Below are positions 1-8,558 of a stretch of DNA of 32,000 nucleotides, one piece after another. Position numbers and translations under genes: made by a program. How positions within the stretch are numbered: position 1 is the first letter of the stretch; each line of letters starts with the position of its first letter. The notes beneath the pieces are model-generated. The model had not been told where the DNA came from, did not search any database, and worked only from the letters and a program-made list of their open reading frames with translations. This DNA comes from Acuticoccus sp. I52.16.1 (GTDB lineage: Bacteria; Pseudomonadota; Alphaproteobacteria; Rhizobiales; Amorphaceae): the NCBI RefSeq assembly GCF_022865125.1, contig NZ_CP094828.1, forward strand, positions 2,379,219-2,411,218. Direction: 5' to 3'.

Positions 1-211
1 GCTCGCTGACGACGTCATCGGCGAAGTGCCGGCCGTGGCGGGAGTCGAGGAAGTCCCGCACGCCCTCGGGCGAGCACGTGGTGGCCCTGGCGATCGTCTC
101 GGAGGCGATCGTCCATGCGGCGGCGGTGTCGGTCGCGTGCTCACAGCGTTCGATCGTGCCCCAGAAGCCCCACGCTTCGTTGTTGGTCGAAAGGGTCGTT
201 TCGATGGTCAT
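1..211 (-). CDS. Hypothetical protein of the phage region; N-terminal part only, as the gene runs off the left edge.
   Basis: Not in the ORF track because no stop falls in the window. The minus strand reads ATG (211-209) MTIETTLSTNNEAWGFWGTIERCEHATDTAAAWTIASETIARATTCSPEGVRDFLDSRHGRHFADDVVSE... with high GC3. A GGAG lies 8 nt upstream. It is divergent from the small terminase gene. Confidence 0.45.
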   Translation of the reverse strand, partial: MTIETTLSTNNEAWGFWGTIERCEHATDTAAAWTIASETIARATTCSPEGVRDFLDSRHGRHFADDVVSE

Positions 212-283
212 CGGCGTCGGCTCCAGCGCGGCTCGTGAGCGCTATACACGCTCTGATTGCCGTCGAAGCCAAGCGGATAACCC

Positions 284-308
284 GATCAGATCATTGCTCT
301 TTCTGATC
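284..308. repeat. Inverted repeat GATCAGA-N11-TCTGATC ending 2 nt before the small terminase start.
   Basis: Read directly: 284-290 GATCAGA and 302-308 TCTGATC are reverse complements. A third TCTGAT copy lies at 252-257. Confidence 0.35.
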
Positions 309-310
309 CG

Positions 311-889
311 ATGAAGGGATTGAGCGAGCGTCAGTACGCAGCCCGGATCGGGCTCTCGCGCGGAGCCGTGCAGAAGGCGAAGTCGGCCGGCCGGCTCGTC
401 CTGCACGACGATGGCTCGATTGACCCGGATCGGTCGGACGCGCTCCGCGCTGACACCACGGACGTGTCGAAGAGCCGGCCGGCGGAGCGGTCGACGATGA
501 AGCGCCCGGCCGGCATGCGAGCGGTCCCGGAGGCCGCGCTGTCGGGCGTGAGCGAGACGCTGAAGGAGAACGGGCTGGCGGCGCCACCGTCCACGGGCGG
601 CACGACGTTCCTGCAGGCGAAGACGGCGCACGAGGTGCTGAAGGCCCAGGAGCGCCGGATCCGGCTGTCGAAGCTCAAGGGCGACCTGGTTGACCGGGAC
701 CGGGCGAAGGCGATGGTGTTCAAGCTGGCGCGGGAGGAGCGCGATGCCTGGGTGACGTGGCCGGCACGCGTGGCGGCGCTGATGGCGGCCGAGCTGGGAA
801 CCGACGTCGGCGCCACGCAGAGGGTTCTGGAGAGCCATGTCCGCGCCCACCTCGAGGAGCTTGCGGAGCTCCGCGTCGCTTTCCGTTGA
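311..889 (+). CDS. Terminase small subunit (Nu1-like, N-terminal HTH).
   Basis: N-terminus LSERQYAARIGLSRGAVQKAKSAGRL is HTH-like. The C-terminal helical region is typical of alphaproteobacterial small terminases. The gene sits immediately upstream of, and overlaps, the GpA-type large terminase. Confidence 0.7.
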   Translation: MKGLSERQYAARIGLSRGAVQKAKSAGRLVLHDDGSIDPDRSDALRADTTDVSKSRPAERSTMKRPAGMRAVPEAALSGVSETLKENGLAAPPSTGGTTFLQAKTAHEVLKAQERRIRLSKLKGDLVDRDRAKAMVFKLAREERDAWVTWPARVAALMAAELGTDVGATQRVLESHVRAHLEELAELRVAFR

Positions 890-2816
890 GATCGAGACCT
901 TTGATGGCGCGGAAGATCTCGCGAAGGCCTGGCGCCAGGGTCTCACACCGGATCCGGCATTCACGGTCTCCGAATGGGCGGACCGGCATCGTTGGCTCTC
1001 GTCGCGAGCATCGGCGGAGCCGGGTCGCTATCGGACCGACCGGACGCCATACATGCGCGCCATCATGGACGCGCTGAGCCCGAGCCACCCGGCGCAGCGG
1101 GTCGTGTTCATGAAGGCGGCGCAAGTCGGCGCGACGGAGGCCGGCAACTGCTTCATCGGGTTCGTGATGCATCACGCGCCCGGCCCGATGCTGGCGGTGC
1201 AGCCGACGGTTGAGCTGGCGAAGCGCAATTCGCGGCAGCGGATCGACGCGCTAATCGAGGAGAGCCCGGCGCTGCGCGAGCGGGTGCAGCCGGCGCGATC
1301 GCGGGACGCTGGCAACACGCAGCTTTCGAAGGACTTTCCGGGCGGCGTGCTTGTGATGACCGGCGCGAACTCGGCGGTCGGCCTGCGCTCGATGCCGGCG
1401 CGGTACGTCGTCCTCGACGAGGTCGACGCCTACCCGGCGTCCGCCGATGAGGAAGGCGATCCCGTGGCCCTTGCCGAGGCCCGTTCGCTGACCTTCGCGC
1501 ACCGGCGCAAGGTGTTCCTGGTGTCGACGCCGACCATTCGCGGCGTCAGCCGGATCGAGCGGGAGTACGAGGCGAGCGACCAGCGGCGGTTCTTTATGCC
1601 GTGCCCGCTGTGCGGCCACATGCAGTGGCTGCGCTTCGAGCGTCTGCGGTGGGAGAAGGGTCGGCCGGAGACGGCGGCGTACCACTGCGAGGACTGCGAG
1701 CAGGCGTTCGCCGAGCATCACAAGGCGGCGATGCTCGGCGCTGGCGAATGGCGGGCAACGGGCACGAGCCAGGATCCGCGGACGATCGGCTTCCACCTGT
1801 CGGCGCTTTATTCGCCGCCGGGATGGAAGTCCTGGGCGGACATCGCGCGGGACAAAGAGATGGTCGCCGGGTCGGACGAGGCAGAGCGCGTGTTCCGCAA
1901 CACCGTGCTCGGCGAGACGTGGGTCGAGACCGGGGACGCGCCCGATTGGCAGCGGCTCGCCGACCGGCGGGAGCACGGGACTGCGGGGATCGTGCCCGCC
2001 GGCGGCCTGTTCCTGACGGCCGGCGCGGACGTCCAGAAGGACCGCATCGAGGTCGACGTCTGGGCGTGGGGGCGCGGGCTAGAGAGCTGGCTCGTCGAGC
2101 ACGTTGTGATCGAGGGCGGCCCCGGCTCGGAAGCGTGTTGGCACGGTCTGAACGAGCTGCTCGGCCGGGCCTGGCCGCACGAGAACGGATCGTCGCTGAC
2201 GATCGTCCGGCTCGCCATCGACACGGGCTACGAGACGCCGGCGGTGTACGCGTGGGCGCGGCAGGTTGGCTTCGCACAGGTGGCGCCGGTGAAGGGCGTC
2301 GAGGGGTTCAACAGGGCGAGCCCCGTCACGGGACCGACGTTCGTCGATGCGACCGTCGGTGGCAAGCGGCTGCGCAGAGGCGCACGTCTCTGGACCGTCG
2401 CCTCTTCGACCTTCAAGGCGGAGACCTACCGCTTCCTGCGGCTCGATCGCCCCGCGGCCGATGACGTCGAGGGCAGTGCATCGTTCGCGCCGGGCACCGT
2501 CCACCTCCCGCGCTGGGCGGACAGCGAGTGGCTGAAGCAGCTCGTCGCCGAGCAGCTCGTCACGGTGAGGAACAAGCGCGGTTTCGCCCGGCTCGAATGG
2601 CAAAAGCTGCGCGAGCGCAACGAGGCGCTGGACTGCCGTGTCTACGCCCGCGCCGCCGCATGGATCGCGGGCGCGGATCGATGGTCGGACGCGCATTGGC
2701 GTGAGCTGGAGCGGCACGTCGCGGCACCCGAAGGCGATGAGCAGGCGGCGCCCGCGAACACGATCCCGCGTCCCATGGCGCGGCGGCGAACGGTCCAATC
2801 GAGCTACATGCGGTGA
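837..2816 (+). CDS. Terminase large subunit, lambda GpA family.
   Basis: 659-aa ORF with a GpA-like layout: Walker-type region (VFMKAAQVGATE, VVLDEVDAYP), a CPLCGH...HCEDCE zinc-ribbon-like motif and a C-terminal nuclease-like half. The ATG at 837 overlaps the small terminase by 53 nt and I found no better in-frame start. Confidence 0.9.
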   Translation: MSAPTSRSLRSSASLSVEIETFDGAEDLAKAWRQGLTPDPAFTVSEWADRHRWLSSRASAEPGRYRTDRTPYMRAIMDALSPSHPAQRVVFMKAAQVGATEAGNCFIGFVMHHAPGPMLAVQPTVELAKRNSRQRIDALIEESPALRERVQPARSRDAGNTQLSKDFPGGVLVMTGANSAVGLRSMPARYVVLDEVDAYPASADEEGDPVALAEARSLTFAHRRKVFLVSTPTIRGVSRIEREYEASDQRRFFMPCPLCGHMQWLRFERLRWEKGRPETAAYHCEDCEQAFAEHHKAAMLGAGEWRATGTSQDPRTIGFHLSALYSPPGWKSWADIARDKEMVAGSDEAERVFRNTVLGETWVETGDAPDWQRLADRREHGTAGIVPAGGLFLTAGADVQKDRIEVDVWAWGRGLESWLVEHVVIEGGPGSEACWHGLNELLGRAWPHENGSSLTIVRLAIDTGYETPAVYAWARQVGFAQVAPVKGVEGFNRASPVTGPTFVDATVGGKRLRRGARLWTVASSTFKAETYRFLRLDRPAADDVEGSASFAPGTVHLPRWADSEWLKQLVAEQLVTVRNKRGFARLEWQKLRERNEALDCRVYARAAAWIAGADRWSDAHWRELERHVAAPEGDEQAAPANTIPRPMARRRTVQSSYMR

Positions 2817-2819
2817 GGC

Positions 2820-3092
2820 TCAGCGAAAGATCAGGCGGACGATGGCAAGCACCGCCACGGCTCCGACGAGAGCAACGAGCAGGATCAGGACCAGCCCGCC
2901 CGCGGCGAGCACGCCGGTCGCTAGCACCGCCACGATCAAGGGGAGCAGCAGCGCGCCGACCACGCCGACCACGATGTTGCGGACCTTGTTGCGGCCGCCT
3001 TGGACTGCCGATGCGAGGAACCCCGCGAGCACGCCGACCACAACGAGGAAGATCAGCCCGATCGTTCCCAGCGCCTGAAAGAACTCTTCCAA
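2820..3092 (-). CDS. GlsB/YeaQ/YmgE-family (transglycosylase-associated) small membrane protein, antisense to the packaging operon.
   Basis: 90 aa with three hydrophobic Gly/Ala/Val-rich helices (GLIFLVVVGVLAGFLASAV..GG.. VVGVVGALLLPLIVAV..). TTG start at 3092 with a GGAG 6 nt upstream. Its stop lies 4 nt from the terminase stop. Confidence 0.7.
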   Translation of the reverse strand: MEEFFQALGTIGLIFLVVVGVLAGFLASAVQGGRNKVRNIVVGVVGALLLPLIVAVLATGVLAAGGLVLILLVALVGAVAVLAIVRLIFR

Positions 3093-3179
3093 TCCCGACT
3101 CCGTCAGCTTGAGGTCTTAATCCAGCTGACCGTCGCACGGGCTGACCTCGCTGCACAGGCTCCGGACGAATGGACCACC

Positions 3180-3395
3180 ATGGCCACTCTTGAAGAATTG
3201 AGGACGCGCCGCGAGGCTCTGTTGGCCTCGCGTGCGAGCGGCGTCGCGCGCGTCAGCTACGACGGCAAGACCGTAGACTATCGCAGCCTCGCCGAGATCG
3301 ACCGCGCCATCGAGGCGCTGGATCGCGAGATCGCGGCGGCCGAGGGGCGGAGGATCCTGCGCCACCTCCGCGTCGTGAGCGACAAGGGGCTCTGA
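3180..3395 (+). CDS. Head-tail joining protein gpW-like.
   Basis: 71 aa, MATLEELRTRREALLASRASGVARVSYDGKTVDYRSLAEIDRAIEALDREI.. The size, pattern and position between large terminase and portal match lambda W. The ATG at 3180 lies inside the longer tracked ORF 3000..3395. Confidence 0.8.
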   Translation: MATLEELRTRREALLASRASGVARVSYDGKTVDYRSLAEIDRAIEALDREIAAAEGRRILRHLRVVSDKGL

Positions 3396-3397
3396 GC

Positions 3398-4864
3398 TTG
3401 CCGCTGCTGGATGGGCTTCGGCGCCGGCTCGGCGGGCCGACGACTGCGCGGTCACGCCTTGAAGGTGCCATGGCGCAGCGACGGCTCCGCGGATGGCAGC
3501 CGCCGCTGGAGAACATCAACTCGCTGGTCGCGTCGGGCGGTCCGCGTTTGCTCGCGCGAGCCCGCGAGCTGGTTGTGACGAACGGCTACGCGGCCAACGC
3601 GTGTGAGGCATTCGCCTCCAACCTCGTCGGCGACGGCATCAAACCATCATCGCTGATCACCGATCCGGCGCTTCGCGACGAGGTCCAGCGGCTGTGGCTC
3701 GCTTGGACCGACGAGGCGGACGTCGACGGCCTGACCGACTTCTACGGCCTGCAGGCGATGGTCGCTCGCGAGATGTTCGTGGCCGGTGAGTGCTTCGTCC
3801 GGATCCGGCCGCGCCGGCTCGAGGACGAACTGTCGGTCCCGCTGCAACTGCAGCTACTTCAATCGGAGATGCTGCCGTTCGAGATGACTGAGGCGCTGGA
3901 GGGCGGGCGGCGCATTCGCTGCGGGATCGAGTTCGATGCCATCGGACGGAGAACGGCCTACCACTTCCGCCGGAGCCACCCCGGCGACAGCACCGATCAC
4001 CGTGTCGGCACGTTCGAGACGGTGCGGGTGCCGGCGTCCGATGTGCTGCACATCTACCGGCCGATCGACGCGGGCCAGTTGCGCGGCCTTCCGCACGTTG
4101 CGCCTGCGATGGTGCGGCTGTTCCTGCTCGACCAGTACGACGACGCCGAGCTCGACCGGAAAAAGACGGCGGCGATGTTCGCCGGCTTCATCACGAAGAC
4201 CGCGCCGGAAGAGGCACTGCTCGGCGGTGTCGAGGTCGCGGAGGACGGCACTGGTACGGTCAGCCTGGAGCCGGGCACGCTGCAAGTGCTGCTCCCCGGC
4301 GAGGACGTGAAGTTCTCGTCGCCCGCAGACGTCGGCGGCGGTTTCGAGGCGTTCCAGTACCGGACACTGCTGGCGGTCTCGGCCTCGCTCGGTCTGCCGT
4401 ACCACCTGGTCACCGGCGACGTCCGGCAGGCAAACTACTCAAGTCTGCGCGCGGAGCTGGTCGAGTTCCGTCGGCGAGTCGAGCAGCTGCAGCACGGCGT
4501 CATCGCCTTCCAGCTGTGTCGCCCCGTCTGGCAGCGATGGCTCGACACCGCGGTGCTCGCCGGCGCGTTGAGGTCGACCGAGACGCCGGCCGAGCTTCGC
4601 CCGGTGCAGTGGATCCCGCCAAGGTGGGACTGGGTCGATCCGCTGAAGGACATCCAGGCGCAGGTGCTCGCCATCGAGTCCGGCCTGCTGTCGCGCCGCA
4701 AGGCGGTCGAGGCGACCGGCTACGACATCGAAGAGATCGACCGGGAGAACGCGGCCGACGCCACTCGCGCCGCGGATCTCGGCCTCGCCTACCGCACCAG
4801 CCCCGGCGAGACGCAGGGGGCGCGGGCGACGCCCCAGCAGACCCCGGACCCCAACGAGGAGTGA
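3398..4864 (+). CDS. Portal protein, lambda (gpB) family.
   Basis: 488-aa ORF directly after gpW, starting at TTG 3398, 3 nt after the gpW stop. An alternative ATG lies at 3470. Order and size fit a lambda-family portal. Confidence 0.88.
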   Translation: MPLLDGLRRRLGGPTTARSRLEGAMAQRRLRGWQPPLENINSLVASGGPRLLARARELVVTNGYAANACEAFASNLVGDGIKPSSLITDPALRDEVQRLWLAWTDEADVDGLTDFYGLQAMVAREMFVAGECFVRIRPRRLEDELSVPLQLQLLQSEMLPFEMTEALEGGRRIRCGIEFDAIGRRTAYHFRRSHPGDSTDHRVGTFETVRVPASDVLHIYRPIDAGQLRGLPHVAPAMVRLFLLDQYDDAELDRKKTAAMFAGFITKTAPEEALLGGVEVAEDGTGTVSLEPGTLQVLLPGEDVKFSSPADVGGGFEAFQYRTLLAVSASLGLPYHLVTGDVRQANYSSLRAELVEFRRRVEQLQHGVIAFQLCRPVWQRWLDTAVLAGALRSTETPAELRPVQWIPPRWDWVDPLKDIQAQVLAIESGLLSRRKAVEATGYDIEEIDRENAADATRAADLGLAYRTSPGETQGARATPQQTPDPNEE

Positions 4865-4868
4865 CCGC

Positions 4869-5873
4869 ATGCGGTCTTGGTACACGATCCGCGCCCTCGC
4901 CGAGAGCGCGGAGGTCGCGATCTATGACGAGATCGGCGCCTTCGGCGTCTCGGCGAAGGCATTCCTGGACGAGCTCGGCGGACTGCCCGATGAGCAGCGC
5001 ATCACGCTGCGCATCAACAGCCCCGGCGGCTCGGTCTTCGACGCGGTCGCGATCCACAACGCGCTGAAGCGGCACCCGGCCGGCGTGACCGTCTGGATCG
5101 ACGGCATCGCCGCTTCGGCCGCGTCGTACATCGCCATGGCCGGCGACGAGGTCGTCATGCCGGCGAACGCGTTCCTGATGATCCACGATCCGAGTGGCAT
5201 GGTGCTCGGCACCGCCGGCGACATGCGCGCGATGGCCGAGGCGCTGGACAAGATCAAGACGAGCCTGGTGGCGGGCTACGCCGCAAAGTCTGGCGGGACC
5301 GACGCGGACATTGCCGAGCTCATGCGCAGGGAGACTTGGTTCGACGCCGAGGAGGCGGTCGCGCTGGGGTTCGTGGACCGTGTGGCCGAGCCGGTTCGAA
5401 TCGCGGCGCGGTTCGACGTTGGCCGCTTCCGCAATGCGCCGCCCGAGCTGGTTGAGGAGGTGGGGCAAGTGGAGGCCATCGAAGCGTCCGACGATGATGG
5501 CGCGGCGGCGTCAGATGAGGAAGACGGCGATACCGCCCGTGCGAAGGCCGAGACCGAGCCGGAGTCCGCAGCGGCGCCGACCGAGCCCGATCCGCCGATG
5601 CCGTCCCCACATCCATCCGCTGCGGCCATCCGTTCGGAGGCGATGGCGCAAGCCCGTGCCGTCGTTGACCTCTGCACGCTCGCCGGTCTGCCGCAGATGG
5701 CGAGCCGCTTTCTTGCCGACGGCGTGCCCATCGACGAGGTTCGCGCCGCGTTGCTTGCCGCCCGCGCCGACGCTGGAGTGGAGATCGATGCGCACCACAC
5801 CCAGCCCGGCCGCACGGTCGGCGCACGACCCTGGGGCGAGGTGATCGCCTCCACCTTCAAGCCCAAAGGATGA
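4869..5873 (+). CDS. Head maturation protease, ClpP/S49-like, with a C-terminal acidic/scaffold-like extension.
   Basis: ClpP-like core: RINSPGGSVFDAVAIHNAL, DGIAASAASYIAMAG, LMIHDPSG. An Asp/Glu/Pro-rich linker and helical tail follow. The gene lies between portal and decoration/capsid genes. Confidence 0.85.
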   Translation: MRSWYTIRALAESAEVAIYDEIGAFGVSAKAFLDELGGLPDEQRITLRINSPGGSVFDAVAIHNALKRHPAGVTVWIDGIAASAASYIAMAGDEVVMPANAFLMIHDPSGMVLGTAGDMRAMAEALDKIKTSLVAGYAAKSGGTDADIAELMRRETWFDAEEAVALGFVDRVAEPVRIAARFDVGRFRNAPPELVEEVGQVEAIEASDDDGAAASDEEDGDTARAKAETEPESAAAPTEPDPPMPSPHPSAAAIRSEAMAQARAVVDLCTLAGLPQMASRFLADGVPIDEVRAALLAARADAGVEIDAHHTQPGRTVGARPWGEVIASTFKPKG

Positions 5874-5877
5874 ACCG

Positions 5878-6243
5878 ATGACCGTACTGACCGAAGGCCG
5901 CCATCCCGGCGGCTTTCTCGTCTGGGAGGCGTTCCGCGACTACTGCCACGAGGTGGTGACGGTGGCCTCCGGCACGCTCGAGCCCGGCACCGTGCTCGGC
6001 AAGATCACCGCGTCGGGCAAATACGCCGCCCATGATCCCGACGCCTCCGACGGCACCGAAACTGCCGTTGCCGTCCTCTGGGGCCATGCCGACGCCAGCG
6101 GCGGCGACACGCTCGCCGTGGCGCTCGTCCGTGGCCCCGCCATCGTCAACCAGCACGATCTCGTCTTCGCCGGCACGCCGTCGGCCGGCGAGATCGCCGC
6201 CGCTTACACCGCGCTCGCCGCGGCCGGCATCATCGTGCGCTGA
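5878..6243 (+). CDS. Head decoration protein (lambda gpD-like).
   Basis: 121 aa located immediately before the major capsid gene. The N-terminus (LTEGRHPGGFLVWEA) and overall pattern are typical of gpD-like decoration proteins. Confidence 0.75.
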   Translation: MTVLTEGRHPGGFLVWEAFRDYCHEVVTVASGTLEPGTVLGKITASGKYAAHDPDASDGTETAVAVLWGHADASGGDTLAVALVRGPAIVNQHDLVFAGTPSAGEIAAAYTALAAAGIIVR

Positions 6244-6254
6244 AGGAGCCCCTG

Positions 6255-7268
6255 ATGGCCGCCATGGACATCTTCGAAGGCGATGCCTTCTCCATCATCG
6301 AGCTCACCCGCGCGCTCGACAACATTCCATTCAAGCCGGCGACGCTGTCCGGATCGGGGCTTTTCGCGGACCGCGGCGTGCGCTCCCGCACAGTCGTCAT
6401 CGAAAGCCGCGATGGCACGCTCTCGCTGATCCCGTTCTCCGAGCGCGGATCGGCCTACGAGCAGCAGGTCCCCGAGCGCCGTGACGTGCGCGCCTTCGTC
6501 TGCCGGCAGTTCAAGAAGCAGGACGTCATTTGGGCGTCGGAGATCCAGGGCATCCGCGCCTTTGGCTCCGACAGCGAGACCCAGCAGGTCCAGGGCGAGG
6601 TCGCACGCCGCCTTCGCCGCCTCCGGTCCGACGCCGAAGCGACTTTCGAGTACCACCTCCTGAACGGCATCCAGGGTCTGGTGAAGGATCCGAAGGACGC
6701 GTCGACGGTCGTCAACTACTTCACCGAGTTCGCGATCACGCCGTCGGCCGAGGTCGACTTCGATCTCGACAACGCGACGCCTGCCTCCGGTGCGCTCCGC
6801 AAAAAGTGCCAGTCGCTGATCGAGAGCGTCGAGGAGGGTCTCGGCGGGCTCGCCACCGGCTCCGTCATGCTGCGCGCCGAGTGCGGCTCGTCCTTCTTTG
6901 CGGATCTCGTGGCGCACAAGGAGGTGCGCGAGACCTACCTCAACACGGCGGCGGCTGCCGATCTGCGGAGCCGTGTTGCGGACGAGGTCAGCTTCGGCGG
7001 GATCACCTTCCGGCGCTACCGGGGCAACGCTGCTTTCGGCGTGCCGGCGGACAAGGCGTTCTTCTATCCCGAGGGCGTCGAGGGCCTGTTCGAGATCTAC
7101 TACGCCCCAGCCGACACGTTCGAGACCGTCAACACGCTCGGCCTGCCGCTCTACGCCCGAGCCATCCCCGATCGAGACCGCGACGAGTGGGTGCGGCTCG
7201 AGATCGAGAGCAACCCGCTCCCGATCTGCACCCGGCCGCAGGCGCTCCGGACCGGCAAGCGGACCTGA
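6255..7268 (+). CDS. Major capsid protein, lambda gpE family.
   Basis: 337 aa. The N-terminus MDIFEGDAFSIIELTRALDNIPFKP and the size match the gpE family, and the gene follows the decoration gene. Confidence 0.9.
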   Translation: MAAMDIFEGDAFSIIELTRALDNIPFKPATLSGSGLFADRGVRSRTVVIESRDGTLSLIPFSERGSAYEQQVPERRDVRAFVCRQFKKQDVIWASEIQGIRAFGSDSETQQVQGEVARRLRRLRSDAEATFEYHLLNGIQGLVKDPKDASTVVNYFTEFAITPSAEVDFDLDNATPASGALRKKCQSLIESVEEGLGGLATGSVMLRAECGSSFFADLVAHKEVRETYLNTAAAADLRSRVADEVSFGGITFRRYRGNAAFGVPADKAFFYPEGVEGLFEIYYAPADTFETVNTLGLPLYARAIPDRDRDEWVRLEIESNPLPICTRPQALRTGKRT

Positions 7269-7579
7269 TGAGCGCGCTCGCCGCCGCGTTCGACGCGATG
7301 TTCGCCGACCCCAACGTTGGGCGGGACGCTGTCTACACGCCCGCGGGCAGCGAGCCTGTCCCGGTGCGGATCGTGCCCCGCCGAGCCGACACGATCAGCG
7401 AGTTCGGCGAGGCGCGGGTGTGGTCGGAGACGGTCCGCCTCGACGTCCGCGTCAGCGCAGTCGCCGAGCCGCGTCCTGGCGACGGCTTCGAGATCGATGG
7501 CGAGGCCTTCGTCGTCCAGGGCGAGCCGGTCCGCGATCGCGAGCGGTTGGTCTGGACAATTGAGCTGCGGCCGGCATGA
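7268..7579 (+). CDS. Head-tail joining / head completion protein.
   Basis: 103 aa, MSALAAAFDAMFADPNVGRDAVYTP..FVVQGEPVRDRERLVW. The ATG at 7268 overlaps the capsid stop (TGATG) and the gene sits in the connector region. Confidence 0.65.
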   Translation: MSALAAAFDAMFADPNVGRDAVYTPAGSEPVPVRIVPRRADTISEFGEARVWSETVRLDVRVSAVAEPRPGDGFEIDGEAFVVQGEPVRDRERLVWTIELRPA

Positions 7580-8239
7580 AACTCGATCTCAAGGTCGTCC
7601 CCGATCTCGCGACGCTGATGGCGGAGGAGATCGAAGCGGCCGAACGCGCGGTCACCACCGGTGTGGGAGAGAGAGGTCGGCGTTCGGCTGAAGGGCAACT
7701 GGCGGGCGCAAGTCGTCGGGGCGGGTCTCGGCCCGCGGCTTGGCAACACGATCCGCAGCGAGCGGTATCCGAAGCAGGGCACGAGCATCCGAGCCGCCGC
7801 GCTCGTCTGGTCGAAGGCGCCTGTCATCGTCGGTGCCCACGACCGGGGCGCGACGATCCGGCCGAGGTCGGGCCTTTGGCTCGCCATACCGTTGCCCGTC
7901 GCGCGGGAGCGCATTCGGCGTGGGCCTCTGACACCGTCCATCTGGGAACGCAAGACGGGGACCAGCCTGCGCATTGTGCGGCGTCGATATGGGCCGAGCT
8001 TGCTCGTCGCGGATAATGTCCGGGTGACGAAGTCGGGACGGATCCGGTCGAACGTCACCCGGCGGAAGGACGGCACGACCTACAGCCGGCTCGCCGGCCG
8101 ATCGTCCGCCCCGATCTTCCTGTTGGTGCCGCAGGTTCGCCTGCGAAAGCGGTTGGATCTTGATCGCGACGCGCGAGCGGCCGAGGCGGCGCTGCCGGGC
8201 GCGATTGTCTCCAACTGGGTCGAGGGGCGGCTCAGCTGA
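7576..8239 (+). pseudogene. Conserved phage connector-region protein with its reading frame broken at a (GA)4 tract. The 5' part is 7576 to about 7666 and the 3' part is ORF 7661..8239.
   Basis: The ATG at 7576 overlaps the upstream stop (ATGA) and reads MKLDLKVVPDLATLMAEEIEAAERAVTTGV with high GC3. Beyond about 7666 the high-GC3 frame is offset by +1 (..EREVGVRLKGNWRAQVVGAGLGPRLGNTIRSERYPK..). The junction is GGGAGAGAGAGG at 7665-7676. From memory, similar single-ORF proteins are annotated DUF6441; I cannot verify that here. Confidence 0.5.
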
Positions 8240-8266
8240 CGATCACTATGGCCACCTCAGTCTCGT

Positions 8267-8281
8267 TGGCATATATTGCCA
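8267..8281. promoter_or_regulatory. Palindrome TGGCA-TATAT-TGCCA, probable operator/promoter element of the parDE module.
   Basis: Arms 8267-8271 and 8277-8281 are reverse complements around an AT-only spacer. The site lies in the only real intergenic gap (8240-8300) of this part of the late operon, 20 nt upstream of the parD start. Confidence 0.45.
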
Positions 8282-8300
8282 TCCAAGTTGGAGGCTTCCC

Positions 8301-8558
8301 ATGGTGACCCGCAACGTCGTGCTGACCGAAACGCAGTCCGCCCTTCTCGACAGGTTGATTGATGAGGGGCGGTACCAGAACGCGAGCGAGGCGATGCGGG
8401 CAGGTTTGCGTCTCCTCGAGCGCGAGGAAGCCGAAATGGGTGAGTTGCGAGCCCGAGTCGAGCGCGGTCTCGACGAGGCGCGCCGCGGCGATCTCGCCGA
8501 AGGCTCTGGCGAAGATGCGGTCCGCAGAGCGTTCGCCCGCGCCCGCTCCGAGGCGTGA
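8301..8558 (+). CDS. parD: Type II antitoxin, ParD family (ribbon-helix-helix).
   Basis: 85 aa, MVTRNVVLTETQSALLDRLIDEGRYQNASEAMRAGLRLLEREEAE.., the classic ParD/COG3609 pattern. GGAGG at 8290-8294. The stop overlaps the toxin start (GTGA). Confidence 0.85.
   Translation: MVTRNVVLTETQSALLDRLIDEGRYQNASEAMRAGLRLLEREEAEMGELRARVERGLDEARRGDLAEGSGEDAVRRAFARARSEA

Noticed and set aside
270-281. DnaA-box-like AGCGGATAA upstream of the small terminase, as a possible target for the DnaA-like protein.
   Set aside because: It matches TGTGGATAA at only 7 of 9 positions, is a single copy, and I noticed no other copies. That is too weak to report as a site.
8267-8281. Sigma-54 (-24/-12) promoter reading of TGGCATATATTGCC.
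   Set aside because: The GG and GC elements are 10 nt apart here rather than the 12 nt of the TGGCAC-N5-TTGC consensus. A symmetric operator next to an autoregulated TA pair explains the sequence better.
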